A stretch of 64,000 bases of DNA. Source: Candidatus Multivoradales bacterium (GTDB lineage: Bacteria; Acidobacteriota; Thermoanaerobaculia; Multivoradales; Multivoraceae). The translations under genes were made by a program, and so were the position numbers. The notes beneath the pieces are model-generated. The model worked only from the letters and a program-made list of their open reading frames with translations, searched no databases and was not told the origin of the DNA. Location of the stretch: contig CBDCWI010000002.1 in assembly GCA_965223325.1 (NCBI GenBank), positions 2,880,001-2,944,000 on the forward strand. Reading direction: 5' to 3'. Positions 1 to 11,039 of this stretch are shown piece after piece; the first letter of the stretch is position 1; each line of letters opens with the position of its first letter.

Positions 1-1631
<1,631 letters not shown>

Positions 1632-1687
1632 CGCGATCCTCACGAGTGGGTTGGTAGCGGGTTGGTAGGAAGTCGGGCGAGACCGCA

Positions 1688-2698
1688 TCATAGACCGTCT
1701 GTGCGCTGTTCGCGCAGCAGCCACAAGGCCATGGCGAGACCACCGAGCAGGCTGATCATCCACAGTGTCGCAATGCGCAGGACAAGCGTCGCGGCGACCG
1801 CCGCTGGCGAGTCGAGACCGAGGCCGGTGAGCATGAGCAACATTGCTGCTTCGAAGCCACCCAGGCCCCCCGGCAGCATCGAAAGAGCCCCCACAAGGGT
1901 CGAAATGCCGAAGACTGCTGCCGCCGCGCCCGGCGCCACGGTAAAACCCAGACCATCCAGGATCAGCCAGAAGGCGGTGGCCTCGAGCCCCCATGCCAGG
2001 AGCGCGAGCCCCAGGCCTACGGCGGCATGAAGACGTCTGAGAAGCCGCCGACTGCTGGTGAGCAACTCCAGGAGGGAAACGGCTGGCCGACGGAGGCGAC
2101 CCCAGCGGGTGGCCCAGCCGAGGACCCGCCGGTGAAGCGGCGCAAGAACGATGAAGGCCACCAGTGCAGTCAGCAGAACAGCACTCGCGATGAAGTAGGG
2201 CAGCGCACCATCGACCAGGGTGAGGCCGGTGGCCGCTAGAAAGAGAACCGCGACCAGGTCCATCAGGCGCTCGGTCAAGAGGGCGCCAGCGGTTGCCGTC
2301 ATGGGAATGCCACAGCGAATCTTGAGTAACAACGACTTGACGATCTCGCCTGCCTTGCCGGGTGTGGCGGTGAAGGCAAAGCTGGCCGCAAAGGCAAACA
2401 AGTCTTCGCGGACCGGAACACGCAGCGCGAGCCAGTCGGTGTAGAGCGACCATCGGAGGCCCCGTAGGGCCCAGCCCAGAAGCACCGCAGCGACAATCTG
2501 CGGACCTCTGGTGGCGAAGGGAAAGTCGTCGAGCGCCGCACCGATGCTGTGAGTGCCTGACCAGATGACCATGGCGCCGTAGAGCACCATGGCGACCGTG
2601 AGAACCACGCCACTCTGCATGGTGAAGCGACGCAGCCTGCGCGAACCTTCGCGAGGCCCTCGAGCACCGCCCGAGGACGATGGGTCGCGATCAGGCAT
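1688..2698 (-). CDS. Lysylphosphatidylglycerol synthase TM region / UPF0104 flippase-like membrane protein
   Basis: Motifs LRGLRW, TPGKAGEIVK, ERLMD, LPGGLGGFEA, LRIATLW; multiple TM helices. Start could instead be ATG 2620. Confidence 0.85.
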   Translation of the reverse strand: MPDRDPSSSGGARGPREGSRRLRRFTMQSGVVLTVAMVLYGAMVIWSGTHSIGAALDDFPFATRGPQIVAAVLLGWALRGLRWSLYTDWLALRVPVREDLFAFAASFAFTATPGKAGEIVKSLLLKIRCGIPMTATAGALLTERLMDLVAVLFLAATGLTLVDGALPYFIASAVLLTALVAFIVLAPLHRRVLGWATRWGRLRRPAVSLLELLTSSRRLLRRLHAAVGLGLALLAWGLEATAFWLILDGLGFTVAPGAAAAVFGISTLVGALSMLPGGLGGFEAAMLLMLTGLGLDSPAAVAATLVLRIATLWMISLLGGLAMALWLLREQRTDGL

Positions 2699-2856
2699 GA
2701 CGATGACGTGGCGAAGTGGTCGGGGCTTGGAGGCAGAGAGGTTCTGGTTGCATGAGGGCTACGTCTTGCTGGCGGGAAGACTCAGCGGGAACCCTATCCT
2801 TGACCGTTCGCGCAGCCACTACAATGAAGTCCACCGTGCGCAGGAAAACCCCTTCC

Positions 2857-3432
2857 ATGAAGAAGCCAGGAGAGCGCTGGATTCAGCCAGCAGCCGCGCT
2901 TTTCTCTAGCCTGGTGGGTATTCTGGCAGCTGCCTGCCAGACCGGACCGAGCCAGGAAGCGATCGACCGGCAGATTCAGAAGGAGTTTCCTGATGTTCCC
3001 CACCTGGCGCCGGCTGTACTCGACGAGTGGCTTTCGAGCGACCGACCGCCGCCACTCCTTCTCGACGTGCGCGGCGCCGAAGAGTACGCCGTCAGCCATC
3101 TACCGAACGCAGTCTGGGCCGACCCGGATGCCTCAGCCGATCAGGTCGCACCTCTCCTCGACGATCCAGAGCAGCCGATCGTCGCCTACTGCTCGGTTGG
3201 CTATCGCTCCTCCCGACTGGCCGAACGACTGCGCGCGGCGGGTTATGAGGTGTCGAACCTCGACGGATCGATCTTCGCGTGGGCCAACGAGGGGCGTCGC
3301 CTGGTGCGCACCGAAGGGTCCGAAGAGATACCAACCGATCGTGTTCACCCCTACGATCACGAATGGGGCAAGCTACTCGACCAGAAGCACTGGCCCGCAG
3401 AGTGGCTGGACCCACCGCAAGACGAAAGGTAG
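2857..3432 (+). CDS. Rhodanese-like domain lipoprotein
   Basis: LLDVR..EEYAVSHLPNA, active-site YCSVGYRS, NLDGSIFAW; lipobox-like LAAAC. Start is 2857 or 2824. Confidence 0.85.
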   Translation: MKKPGERWIQPAAALFSSLVGILAAACQTGPSQEAIDRQIQKEFPDVPHLAPAVLDEWLSSDRPPPLLLDVRGAEEYAVSHLPNAVWADPDASADQVAPLLDDPEQPIVAYCSVGYRSSRLAERLRAAGYEVSNLDGSIFAWANEGRRLVRTEGSEEIPTDRVHPYDHEWGKLLDQKHWPAEWLDPPQDER

Positions 3433-3435
3433 CTG

Positions 3436-4782
3436 CTACCCCGAGTCCCCAGGGACAGGCTCGGCGAGCAGCTCGGCTGTGAGCGCCTCGAGCTCCTCGA
3501 CGAGCTGTTGGTAGTGGGCGCCAGTACCCGGTCCAGCGAAACCGGAATGTACCCGGCGCACGCGACCGCCGCGGTCGATGAAGACCTTGGTTGGAAACGA
3601 CAGCACGGCTGAGAGATCGGGAAGCGTTTCGCCAGCAGCTTCCTTGTCCGAGGTACCGGCAAGCAGAAGCGGAAACGGAAGATCGTGCCTCTCCTTGAAA
3701 CGGCGCACCATCACGGCGTCGCGCTCTGGGTCTCCGCGCAGCTCGAAGGCCAGGCCAACGACCTCGAGGCCGTGGTCGTGGTGGCGGCGATAGAGGTCGG
3801 CGAGAACCGGCGCCGAGTCGTTGCAGTTCGGGCACCACGAACCGAAGACCTCGACGATCAGGACCTTGCCCGCGAAGCGTGGGTCATCAGAGGACAGGAT
3901 CGCTCCTCCGTCGACGTCGGGGAAGGCGAAGGCGAACCGACCCTGGTCGTTGGTGAGACCGACTTCTTTGTACGGGTCGGGGAGCGGCCAGGGAGCGCCC
4001 TCGGCCAACCGGGTGGCAGTCCACGTCGCGTGGTAGGTGTCGCGGGACCAGAAACCACCAGACAGCGCACCCGACGCGTCGAGGGTTGCATCGAAGAGGA
4101 AGGCATGGGCACCGTCGAAGGTCGACAACCGGAGGCGGCCGCCCTCGAAGGACCCCTCGAGATAGCGATAGTCGCCGGTCGGAGTGAGAAAGGTGCCGGT
4201 CACCGCCGCGCCTTCGCGCTGCTCGAACTCGGCAACCGCAAGAGATTCGCCGTCCTCGTCGACAAACACCGCCGACCAGCGGCCTGCGACACTGACGAGG
4301 TTTTGACCGCCGTTCTCGAGGGGGGCGAATCGCGTCGTCACATCGCGATGCGCCTCGAAGGGCAGAACGGAATCTCCGTCATCGGCAGTCTTGCGCCAAC
4401 GACCGACGAGCTCGTCGACTTCGAGCATCGCTTCGATCTCGGAGTCGTACCAGGTCGTATCGATTCGAATCGTAGGTTCACCGTCCTCGCCGGGGCCCAC
4501 CTGCACCGGCCCGAGCGCCGCCTCCTCGCCGGCCGCGAGCGAAAAGGCCTGCAGCGATCCATCGTCATCGGCCCGGATCTCGAGACCAAACGGCAGTGGA
4601 CCGCCTGGCGACTGCAGAACGGCATGCCAGGAGCCGCCGACGAGGAGCCCCGGGTTGTCGACGTCCGAAGGAGAGGGCGAGGTCTCACCAGCGCATCCGG
4701 TGACCACGGCGGCAAGGAGAATCGCAAGCCCCAGACCGGGGACTCTGCCTCCTTCGAACCAGAGCGCTTTGGTGAGGGCCAT
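3436..4782 (-). CDS. TlpA/ResA-type thiol-disulfide oxidoreductase lipoprotein
   Basis: C-terminal thioredoxin fold GSWCPNC...SFPTKVFIDRGG; lipobox VVTGC; GGAG RBS. Confidence 0.88.
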   Translation of the reverse strand: MALTKALWFEGGRVPGLGLAILLAAVVTGCAGETSPSPSDVDNPGLLVGGSWHAVLQSPGGPLPFGLEIRADDDGSLQAFSLAAGEEAALGPVQVGPGEDGEPTIRIDTTWYDSEIEAMLEVDELVGRWRKTADDGDSVLPFEAHRDVTTRFAPLENGGQNLVSVAGRWSAVFVDEDGESLAVAEFEQREGAAVTGTFLTPTGDYRYLEGSFEGGRLRLSTFDGAHAFLFDATLDASGALSGGFWSRDTYHATWTATRLAEGAPWPLPDPYKEVGLTNDQGRFAFAFPDVDGGAILSSDDPRFAGKVLIVEVFGSWCPNCNDSAPVLADLYRRHHDHGLEVVGLAFELRGDPERDAVMVRRFKERHDLPFPLLLAGTSDKEAAGETLPDLSAVLSFPTKVFIDRGGRVRRVHSGFAGPGTGAHYQQLVEELEALTAELLAEPVPGDSG

Positions 4783-4928
4783 CCTGTCTACTCCGTTCTT
4801 GTGTCGTGGTCAGAGCGCGAACGAGCAGTCTACGTGGCTTCGCTGATCCCGGTACCCGAGGGCCATAGAATGTCTCGACTTCGAGCCTCGGCCCCGATCA
4901 ACCCCCAACTCCGCGCAAGGACTCCCGG

Positions 4929-6869
4929 ATGTCGTCTGCGACCGATGGACCGCGACCGAGCCTGATCTCGTTCTTCGCCGGTTATACGAAGCGCTATATC
5001 CCCTGGATCGCGATCGCCCTTGCTGCGATCGTGGTGTTCGGCGTCATGTCGGGAGCGATGATCGGGCTCATCCACCCGCTCTTTTCCGAGACCCTGCAGT
5101 TCGACGGCACCGTGCCAGGCGCCGCAGGTCTCGCCACCGGCGCCGCCTCACAGCCGTCCGTCGAGGTCAAACCTGGCCAGGAAGGAAGCGGCATCGTCGC
5201 CTCGGTGCGGCGGAAGGGTATCGAGATCCGGACGTGGGGTGCTGGGATCTACGACCGCCTCAAGGAGCGCTTCGATATCCAGCCCGATGGTCGTGGCCTG
5301 CGCTCCGAACTGTGGTTCGCGCCGCTCCTCTTTCTGGGCGTGTTCATTACCAGAAGCACCGCTCAGTTCATCAGCGGTTACTCCTTCCAGCGCATCGGCC
5401 TCGGCATCACGACTGACATTCGCAACGACCTCTACCGCTCGATTCTCGAACAGTCGGCACGCTTTCACGCCGACCACACCAGCGGCGAGCTCTACAGCCG
5501 GGTCGTCAGCGACGTCAGCAAGCTCCAGGTCGTGGTCTCGAGTCGCCTGCTCGACCTGCTGTTGCAGTCGGTCGCTCTGGTGGTCTACATCGTCATGTTG
5601 TTGTCCATTCACCTGCCGCTGGCCTTGACCTGCCTGATCGCAGCGCCGGTGCTCTTGATCCCCATCGTGCGCTTCGGCAAGGGCATGCGCAAAACCAGTC
5701 ATCTGTCGCAGGAGCGCATGGCGGACCTCTCGGCTCTCCTGACCGAGGGCATTCGCGGCAACCGGGTCGTCAAGGCGTTCGGCATGCAGGGGTTCGAGAG
5801 TCGGCGCTTCGAGAAGGCCACCAACCGCCACCTGCGCGTGACTTTGCGCGCCCAACTGATCGCCGCACTTTCGAGCCCGGTTGTCGAGTCACTGGCGGCC
5901 ATCGGTGGTTGCGCCTTGATCGTCTCGGTGGGTTCGATGATCCGCGCCGACCGCATCACACCGGCGCTCTTTATGCAGTTCCTGACCACCCTGTTCATGC
6001 TCTACGACCCGATTCGCAAACTCAATCGAGTCAACCTGGTGATTCAAGAGGCCGCGGCGGCCGGCGACCGAGTCGCATCGCTGATGGCTATTCCCAACGA
6101 AGTCATCGACCAACCGACGGCCGCACCACTAGAGGGAATCGAAAAGGGAGTGCGCTACGAAGACGTGAGCTTTGCCTACGGCGGCGACCGCCCAGTCCTC
6201 GACCGCTTCACTATCGAGATCGCAGCCGGCGAAGTCGTCGCTCTGGTTGGTGCCAGCGGCGCCGGCAAGTCAACGGTCGTCAATCTGCTGCCCCGTTTCT
6301 TCGACCCTACTGGCGGGATGATCACCATCGACGGCAAGAACATTCGTGACCTGCCGCTCGAGAATCTGCGTTCACTGATTGGCCTGGTGACTCAGGAAAC
6401 AACGCTTTTCAACGACACCGTACGCGCCAACATCGCCTACGGCCGCGCCGACCTGTCTCTAGAGCTGGTACGTGAAGCTGCCGCGGCAGCCTACGCCGAC
6501 GACTTCATCATGGAGCTGCCGGATCAATACGAGACCACAATCGGCGAGTCCGGCGCCCAGCTCTCCGGTGGCCAACGCCAACGCCTCGCCATCGCCCGCG
6601 CTCTCCTCAAGAACGCCCCCATGCTGATCCTCGACGAAGCCACCTCGCATCTCGATACCGAGTCCGAGGTCCTCGTCCAACGCGCCATCTCGAACCTCAT
6701 GGCCGGCCGTACCTCACTCGTCATCGCCCATCGCCTCTCGACCATCACCCGCGCCGACCGCATCATCGTGCTCGACGCCGGCCAGATCCTCGAGTCGGGA
6801 ACCCATGAGGAGCTGCTCGCCCGCGGCGGCCCATACAAGCGCCTCTACGACCTGCAGTTCCGGGACTAG
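4929..6869 (+). CDS. MsbA-like ABC exporter (fused TMD and ATPase)
   Basis: Walker A GASGAGKST, signature LSGGQRQR, LILDEATS, IAHRLST; N-terminal TM domain. Confidence 0.93.
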   Translation: MSSATDGPRPSLISFFAGYTKRYIPWIAIALAAIVVFGVMSGAMIGLIHPLFSETLQFDGTVPGAAGLATGAASQPSVEVKPGQEGSGIVASVRRKGIEIRTWGAGIYDRLKERFDIQPDGRGLRSELWFAPLLFLGVFITRSTAQFISGYSFQRIGLGITTDIRNDLYRSILEQSARFHADHTSGELYSRVVSDVSKLQVVVSSRLLDLLLQSVALVVYIVMLLSIHLPLALTCLIAAPVLLIPIVRFGKGMRKTSHLSQERMADLSALLTEGIRGNRVVKAFGMQGFESRRFEKATNRHLRVTLRAQLIAALSSPVVESLAAIGGCALIVSVGSMIRADRITPALFMQFLTTLFMLYDPIRKLNRVNLVIQEAAAAGDRVASLMAIPNEVIDQPTAAPLEGIEKGVRYEDVSFAYGGDRPVLDRFTIEIAAGEVVALVGASGAGKSTVVNLLPRFFDPTGGMITIDGKNIRDLPLENLRSLIGLVTQETTLFNDTVRANIAYGRADLSLELVREAAAAAYADDFIMELPDQYETTIGESGAQLSGGQRQRLAIARALLKNAPMLILDEATSHLDTESEVLVQRAISNLMAGRTSLVIAHRLSTITRADRIIVLDAGQILESGTHEELLARGGPYKRLYDLQFRD

Positions 6870-6889
6870 TGCCTGTAAGTGTTCCGGCC

Positions 6890-7139
6890 CCACGCCCTCT
6901 GGCGATAGGCGCGCGACAAGCGAAGCGGAGGAAAACGAAGCCACGACAGGGCCACCAAACCACCGAGTACCAATAGGGCAGCGGACCGCTTGCGCCGCCC
7001 CCCTCTGGGGGGCAAGGGGGAAAAGACCAAGCCAGAGGACGTGGTAAACGACGACACCCACCCTCGACCCAGCCCCCTCCACCACCTTCCGCCCACCGCT
7101 CACGAACCAACAACAGCGATCACCACGCCCTCTGGCTTG
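6890..7139. repeat. Intergenic repeat cluster (CCACGCCCTCTGGC in direct and inverted copies)
   Basis: CCACGCCCTCTGGC at 6890-6903 and 7123-7136. 7028-7045 is the inverted complement of 7122-7139 (17/18). Confidence 0.7.
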
Positions 7140-7165
7140 AACAGTTGTTCAGGTCCTGAGACAAT
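7137..7165 (+). promoter_or_regulatory. Sigma70-type promoter with overlapping palindromic TetR operator
   Basis: TTGAAC-17 bp-GACAAT; palindrome TGAACA-GT-TGTTCA (7138-7151) overlaps the -35, upstream of the tetR gene. Confidence 0.65.
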
Positions 7166-7203
7166 GAGGGGCAGTTCGTTCGATCGTCGAGGAGGGCGAG
7201 TCG

Positions 7204-7824
7204 ATGGACAAGGAACGATCCAGGGATCGGCGAGCGGAGATTCTCGCAGCGGCAGGCCGCGTTTTCGCGGCCAACGGCTACCACGGCGCCTCGATGCGGC
7301 GTATCGCAAGGGAGGCGGGCCTGCGATCGCCGGCACATCTCTACTTCTACTTTGAAGACAAGCGCGCGCTCTACCGGGAGATGATCGAGGAGGGCGTGGG
7401 CCCGATTCGCGAGGCGGTGCTATTGAACGGCGGGACGGACCGCGAGCCGGTCGAAGTGCTCGCCGAAATGAGCCGCTCCTACATGGAGATCTTTGAGCAG
7501 GACGAACAGGTGCAGACGTTGCGGCTCCTGTTCGCGGAAGTGGCCTCCGATCCAACCCGTGCCTCCGAGAGCCTCGCGGCCAGCGGCACTCCGATGCTTA
7601 CCCTGATCGAGACCTATCTCGCCGAGCAACACGAAGCCGGCAACCTCGACGCACCAGACGCGCGGGCGACGGCCATCTGGTTCCTGTGGCAGCTGGTGGC
7701 CTGGATCGAGCTCAAGGCCATGTTCCCGCCACTCTGGGAGCAGCTGCCGGACCGCGATGCCTACGCCCGGCTGATCGCCGAGCGAGCCGCACGGGCCCTG
7801 GCCGTCCCCTCCCGCCCGAGCTGA
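7204..7824 (+). CDS. TetR/AcrR family transcriptional regulator
   Basis: ILAAAGRVFAANGYHGASMRRIAREAG...LYFYFEDK HTH; GGAGG RBS. Confidence 0.93.
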   Translation: MDKERSRDRRAEILAAAGRVFAANGYHGASMRRIAREAGLRSPAHLYFYFEDKRALYREMIEEGVGPIREAVLLNGGTDREPVEVLAEMSRSYMEIFEQDEQVQTLRLLFAEVASDPTRASESLAASGTPMLTLIETYLAEQHEAGNLDAPDARATAIWFLWQLVAWIELKAMFPPLWEQLPDRDAYARLIAERAARALAVPSRPS

Positions 7825-7997
7825 GCCACCGCGCACGTCAGACGGTGGGAATATTGCTGGCGGTGAAGCGTTGCCGACAGGCACAGCGAGGTGCCGGGCC
7901 CCCCACGGCGCGGTCTGAACACGCTTCGCCACCTCGCACGCGATTTGCGAATGTCGGCCGAAAGCGGGTAGTATTCCCGTGCTAACGGAGATTTACT

Positions 7998-9878
7998 ATG
8001 TATTTTCGCGCCTCCTTGTTCCTGTCCCTGTCCTTGCTCCTTGCAGCACTGCCGGTGGGCGCGAGCAGCTACCGTATGGCCACCGACAGCGAACTACTGG
8101 CGCGTGCCGATACCGTTGTGGTGGGCCGCATCATGGCAACCGAGAACTCCCTGCGCGCCCAGCGGCCGATGACGGAGTACTCGGTCGAAATCGAGCGGGT
8201 GATGAAGGGGTTCGTGCCCGCCAGCACCATCCAGCTCTCGGTGCCAGGAGCGCGCGGAGCCGACGACGAACTCTCCTCCTGGGTCGTCGGAGCGCCCACC
8301 TTCAGCGAAGGCGAACGCACGATCCTCTTTTTGTCGTCCGCGCCGAACGGCTCGTACCGCCTGGCCGACCTCATCCTCGGGGCCTTCCGCGAGGCAAGAC
8401 TCGAGAACACCGCGCTGGCGCTACGTGACTTGTCGGCCGCCAACGCGGTCGACGACCTGACCGGCGACAGCGACGGCGCGGAGCGTTCGCGCTCTCACTT
8501 GCCACGAGACTGGAACCGCTTCATCAGCTGGATCGATGCCTCGGTGCAAAACCGCCGGGTAGAGCCGAGCTACTTCGTCGAGCAGTCTCCCGACGGCCTC
8601 GAGAAGCTGCAGCAGAACTTCGTCGTATCGCACGCATCGCAGTGCGGGCACGATCTCCGTTTCCCCGACTTCGACAACGGCGGCCGGCTCATCTTCCGCG
8701 TTCAGGCGGGCGGACAGCCAGGAATACCCGGGACCAACGGTTTACCGTCGGTCCAGCACGCCATGAACGCCTGGAACGGCGACCCGGACAGCAACGTCGA
8801 TATCCGCAACAACGGAACGACCTCCAACACGACCGGCGCTACGTCTTCAGATCTCATCAACACGGTGATCTTCGACGACCCGAACGACGAGATCTCGGGC
8901 TCGTTCTCTGGCAGTGGCACCCTGGCGACGACTACGGTTTGGTTCACCTGCAATCGAACGCACAACGCGCACGGTTCCACCTGGGTCGACATCGTGGAAC
9001 TCGACATGGTCACTCAGGATGGCCTCGACACGAACTACTTCCCCGGAACTCGCAATCCCGCCCTGGCCTGGGAAGAGCTGCTTGCCCATGAGTTCGGCCA
9101 CACCATCGGGATCTCGCACTCGGGTGACCCGAGCGCCACGATGGCGGCCAATATCCACAACGACGGCCGCGGTGCCTCGCTGAAGGCGGACGACCGCGAT
9201 GCGGTCCGTTTCATTTACCCGGCGATCTCGTCGGGCAACGACATACCCGAGGCGCCCACCAACCTGACCGCCAGCGCCGTTTCGAGCACCGACATCCTGC
9301 TCAACTGGCAAGACAACTCTGATAACGAGACTGGGTTTGCCATCGAGCAGAAAGTCTCGGGAAGCTTCGTCGGAATCGGTAGCGTTGGCGTCGACGCCAC
9401 CAACGCTACGATCACCGGCCTGACTGCCGGCACGTTTGCAGAGTTTCGCGCCAAGGCAACCGGCACCAACGGAGACAGCACTTACTCGAACAGTGCCTCT
9501 GCCACAACTCTCAATGCCGCTTCGGTCTGTGTTGCCAGCAGCAACACGCTCTGTCTGCAGAACAATCGCTTCCAGGTCCGCGCTACCTACAAGAGCAACA
9601 AGGCGAGCGGTAACGCAAGCGGTGGCGAGATCACCCCCGACACCGGCTTCTTCACTTTCCAGAGCCCGGACAACGTCGAGCTCGTGGTCAAGGTTCTGAA
9701 CGCGTGTAAGAACTTCGATCGGTTCTGGGTCTTCGCAGCCGGCCTGACCGACCAGGAAGTGCGCATCACGGTGACCGACACCAACAACGGTGCGACGAAG
9801 ACCTACGTCAACCCACTCAAGACGGCCTTCCAGCCGATCCTGGACACCGACGCCTTCGCCACCTGCGGCGGCGGCTAG
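7998..9878 (+). CDS. Secreted matrixin (M10/metzincin) metalloprotease with FN3 domain and acidobacterial C-terminal domain
   Basis: Signal peptide, HEFGHTIGISH plus Met-turn (ATMA), FN3 (APTNLTASAVSSTDILLNWQDNS), C-terminal LCLQNNRFQV..NVELVVKVLNAC..FWVFAAGLTD..DTDAFATC. Confidence 0.88.
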   Translation: MYFRASLFLSLSLLLAALPVGASSYRMATDSELLARADTVVVGRIMATENSLRAQRPMTEYSVEIERVMKGFVPASTIQLSVPGARGADDELSSWVVGAPTFSEGERTILFLSSAPNGSYRLADLILGAFREARLENTALALRDLSAANAVDDLTGDSDGAERSRSHLPRDWNRFISWIDASVQNRRVEPSYFVEQSPDGLEKLQQNFVVSHASQCGHDLRFPDFDNGGRLIFRVQAGGQPGIPGTNGLPSVQHAMNAWNGDPDSNVDIRNNGTTSNTTGATSSDLINTVIFDDPNDEISGSFSGSGTLATTTVWFTCNRTHNAHGSTWVDIVELDMVTQDGLDTNYFPGTRNPALAWEELLAHEFGHTIGISHSGDPSATMAANIHNDGRGASLKADDRDAVRFIYPAISSGNDIPEAPTNLTASAVSSTDILLNWQDNSDNETGFAIEQKVSGSFVGIGSVGVDATNATITGLTAGTFAEFRAKATGTNGDSTYSNSASATTLNAASVCVASSNTLCLQNNRFQVRATYKSNKASGNASGGEITPDTGFFTFQSPDNVELVVKVLNACKNFDRFWVFAAGLTDQEVRITVTDTNNGATKTYVNPLKTAFQPILDTDAFATCGGG

Positions 9879-9977
9879 CGGGCGCCGTGGTTTTCGGCCA
9901 CTGCCCGGCGAGTCTCTAGTCGCAGGACTTTGCCGTGGAGGAGCCAAACGCCTTCGCGACCTGCGGAGGCGGCTAGC
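9850..9977 (+). repeat. 30-bp direct repeat duplicating the protease 3' end
   Basis: 9850-9879 acgccttcgccacctgcggcggcggctagc versus 9948-9977 acgccttcgcgacctgcggaggcggctagc (28/30). Confidence 0.8.
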
Positions 9978-10374
9978 CCAGCGCTACCAGGCGGATTGTC
10001 GAACTGGCGATTGCCAGGACCTCATCTGAGGCGTCGTAGATGCGTGCTGAAACGAAAGCGATCGAGCGACCCATCCTGTCGATGGCTGCTTCGGCGCGCA
10101 CCTTCTCGCCCAGGCGTGCCGCCTCGAGGAAGCTGGTCTTGATTTCGAGAGTCGCCGGCCAAATACCTTCGCCGGTGCGCGCCAGCACGGCATTGGCCAT
10201 CGCACAGTCCAACCAGCCGGTCACGAAGCCGCCTTGCGCGATTCCGCCGGTGTGACAGAACTCGGGCAGGACTTCGAACTCGAGGGTGGCGGTTCCTTCT
10301 TCGGCATCGACAGCGACCAGGCGACCGTTACCGAGCGCAGCAAACAGCCCCGTGGGTCGCTCTGCGGCGGTCAT
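9973..10374 (-). CDS. PaaI family thioesterase (hotdog fold)
   Basis: HTGGIAQGGFVTGWLDCAM, TLEIKTSFL. ATG 10374 overlaps the upstream stop (ATGA). Confidence 0.88.
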   Translation of the reverse strand: MTAAERPTGLFAALGNGRLVAVDAEEGTATLEFEVLPEFCHTGGIAQGGFVTGWLDCAMANAVLARTGEGIWPATLEIKTSFLEAARLGEKVRAEAAIDRMGRSIAFVSARIYDASDEVLAIASSTIRLVALG

Positions 10375-11030
10375 TGGCTCTCCTCCTGAGCGGACTCTTT
10401 CAGCCAGCCCTTTGCTGTCGCGTCGTCGATGAGACTCTCGATATGCCGCCACAGGCGTGGCGCGCCCTCGCCACCGGGCCGGTTGCGGGTGATGGCCTGC
10501 TCACGGGTCACACCGTGCTCTTCCCACGCCCGACCACCCGTGGCGTGATTGAGCAGCATGGGTTGGGTGCGATCGAGCGCGTTGGCAAACCGTGCCTCGG
10601 CAGTTACGCCGGCCTCGAACTCGTCCCATAGCCCGCGCAGGGAAGCCGCCTGTTCGTCAGGCAGCAGTCCAAACAAGCGATCCGCCGCTGCCTGTTCGCG
10701 CTCCTCCTTATCGCGGTTGGCGTCTTCATCGTAGGCATAGGTGTCACCAGCATCGATCTCGACGATGTCGTGCACCAGCAACATGCCGATCACTCGTGAG
10801 AGATCGACCGCCGTCGCGGCGTGCTCGGCCAGCACCAGGGCCATCATCGCGAGATGCCAGGAATGTTCGGCGCTGTTCTCGCGCCGCGAGGTGTCGAGCA
10901 ACAAGGTCCTTCGCTCGATGTTCTTGAGCCTGTCGAGTTCGTGAACGAAATCGAGCTGGCTCTTGAAGCGCTCTTCGGGCGTTGCCAAGGTCTCGTCGAC
11001 GCTGTTCTCTTGTTCGTGTGAGTCGCCCAT
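10371..11030 (-). CDS. HD domain phosphohydrolase (HD_3/YfbR-like)
   Basis: LDRLKNIERRT, RENSAEHSWH, LVHDIVEIDAGD, WDEFE...EARFANALD. Confidence 0.92.
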   Translation of the reverse strand: MGDSHEQENSVDETLATPEERFKSQLDFVHELDRLKNIERRTLLLDTSRRENSAEHSWHLAMMALVLAEHAATAVDLSRVIGMLLVHDIVEIDAGDTYAYDEDANRDKEEREQAAADRLFGLLPDEQAASLRGLWDEFEAGVTAEARFANALDRTQPMLLNHATGGRAWEEHGVTREQAITRNRPGGEGAPRLWRHIESLIDDATAKGWLKESAQEESQ

Positions 11031-11039
11031 CAACTTTCC

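Noticed and set aside
3685-4965. Long antisense ORFs (this one; also 8847-9947, 15511-16614, 27804-29030, 33044-34270, 34736-35920, 38055-39161)
   Set aside because: They are shadows of well-supported genes on the opposite strand, expected with high-GC codon bias, and show no motifs.
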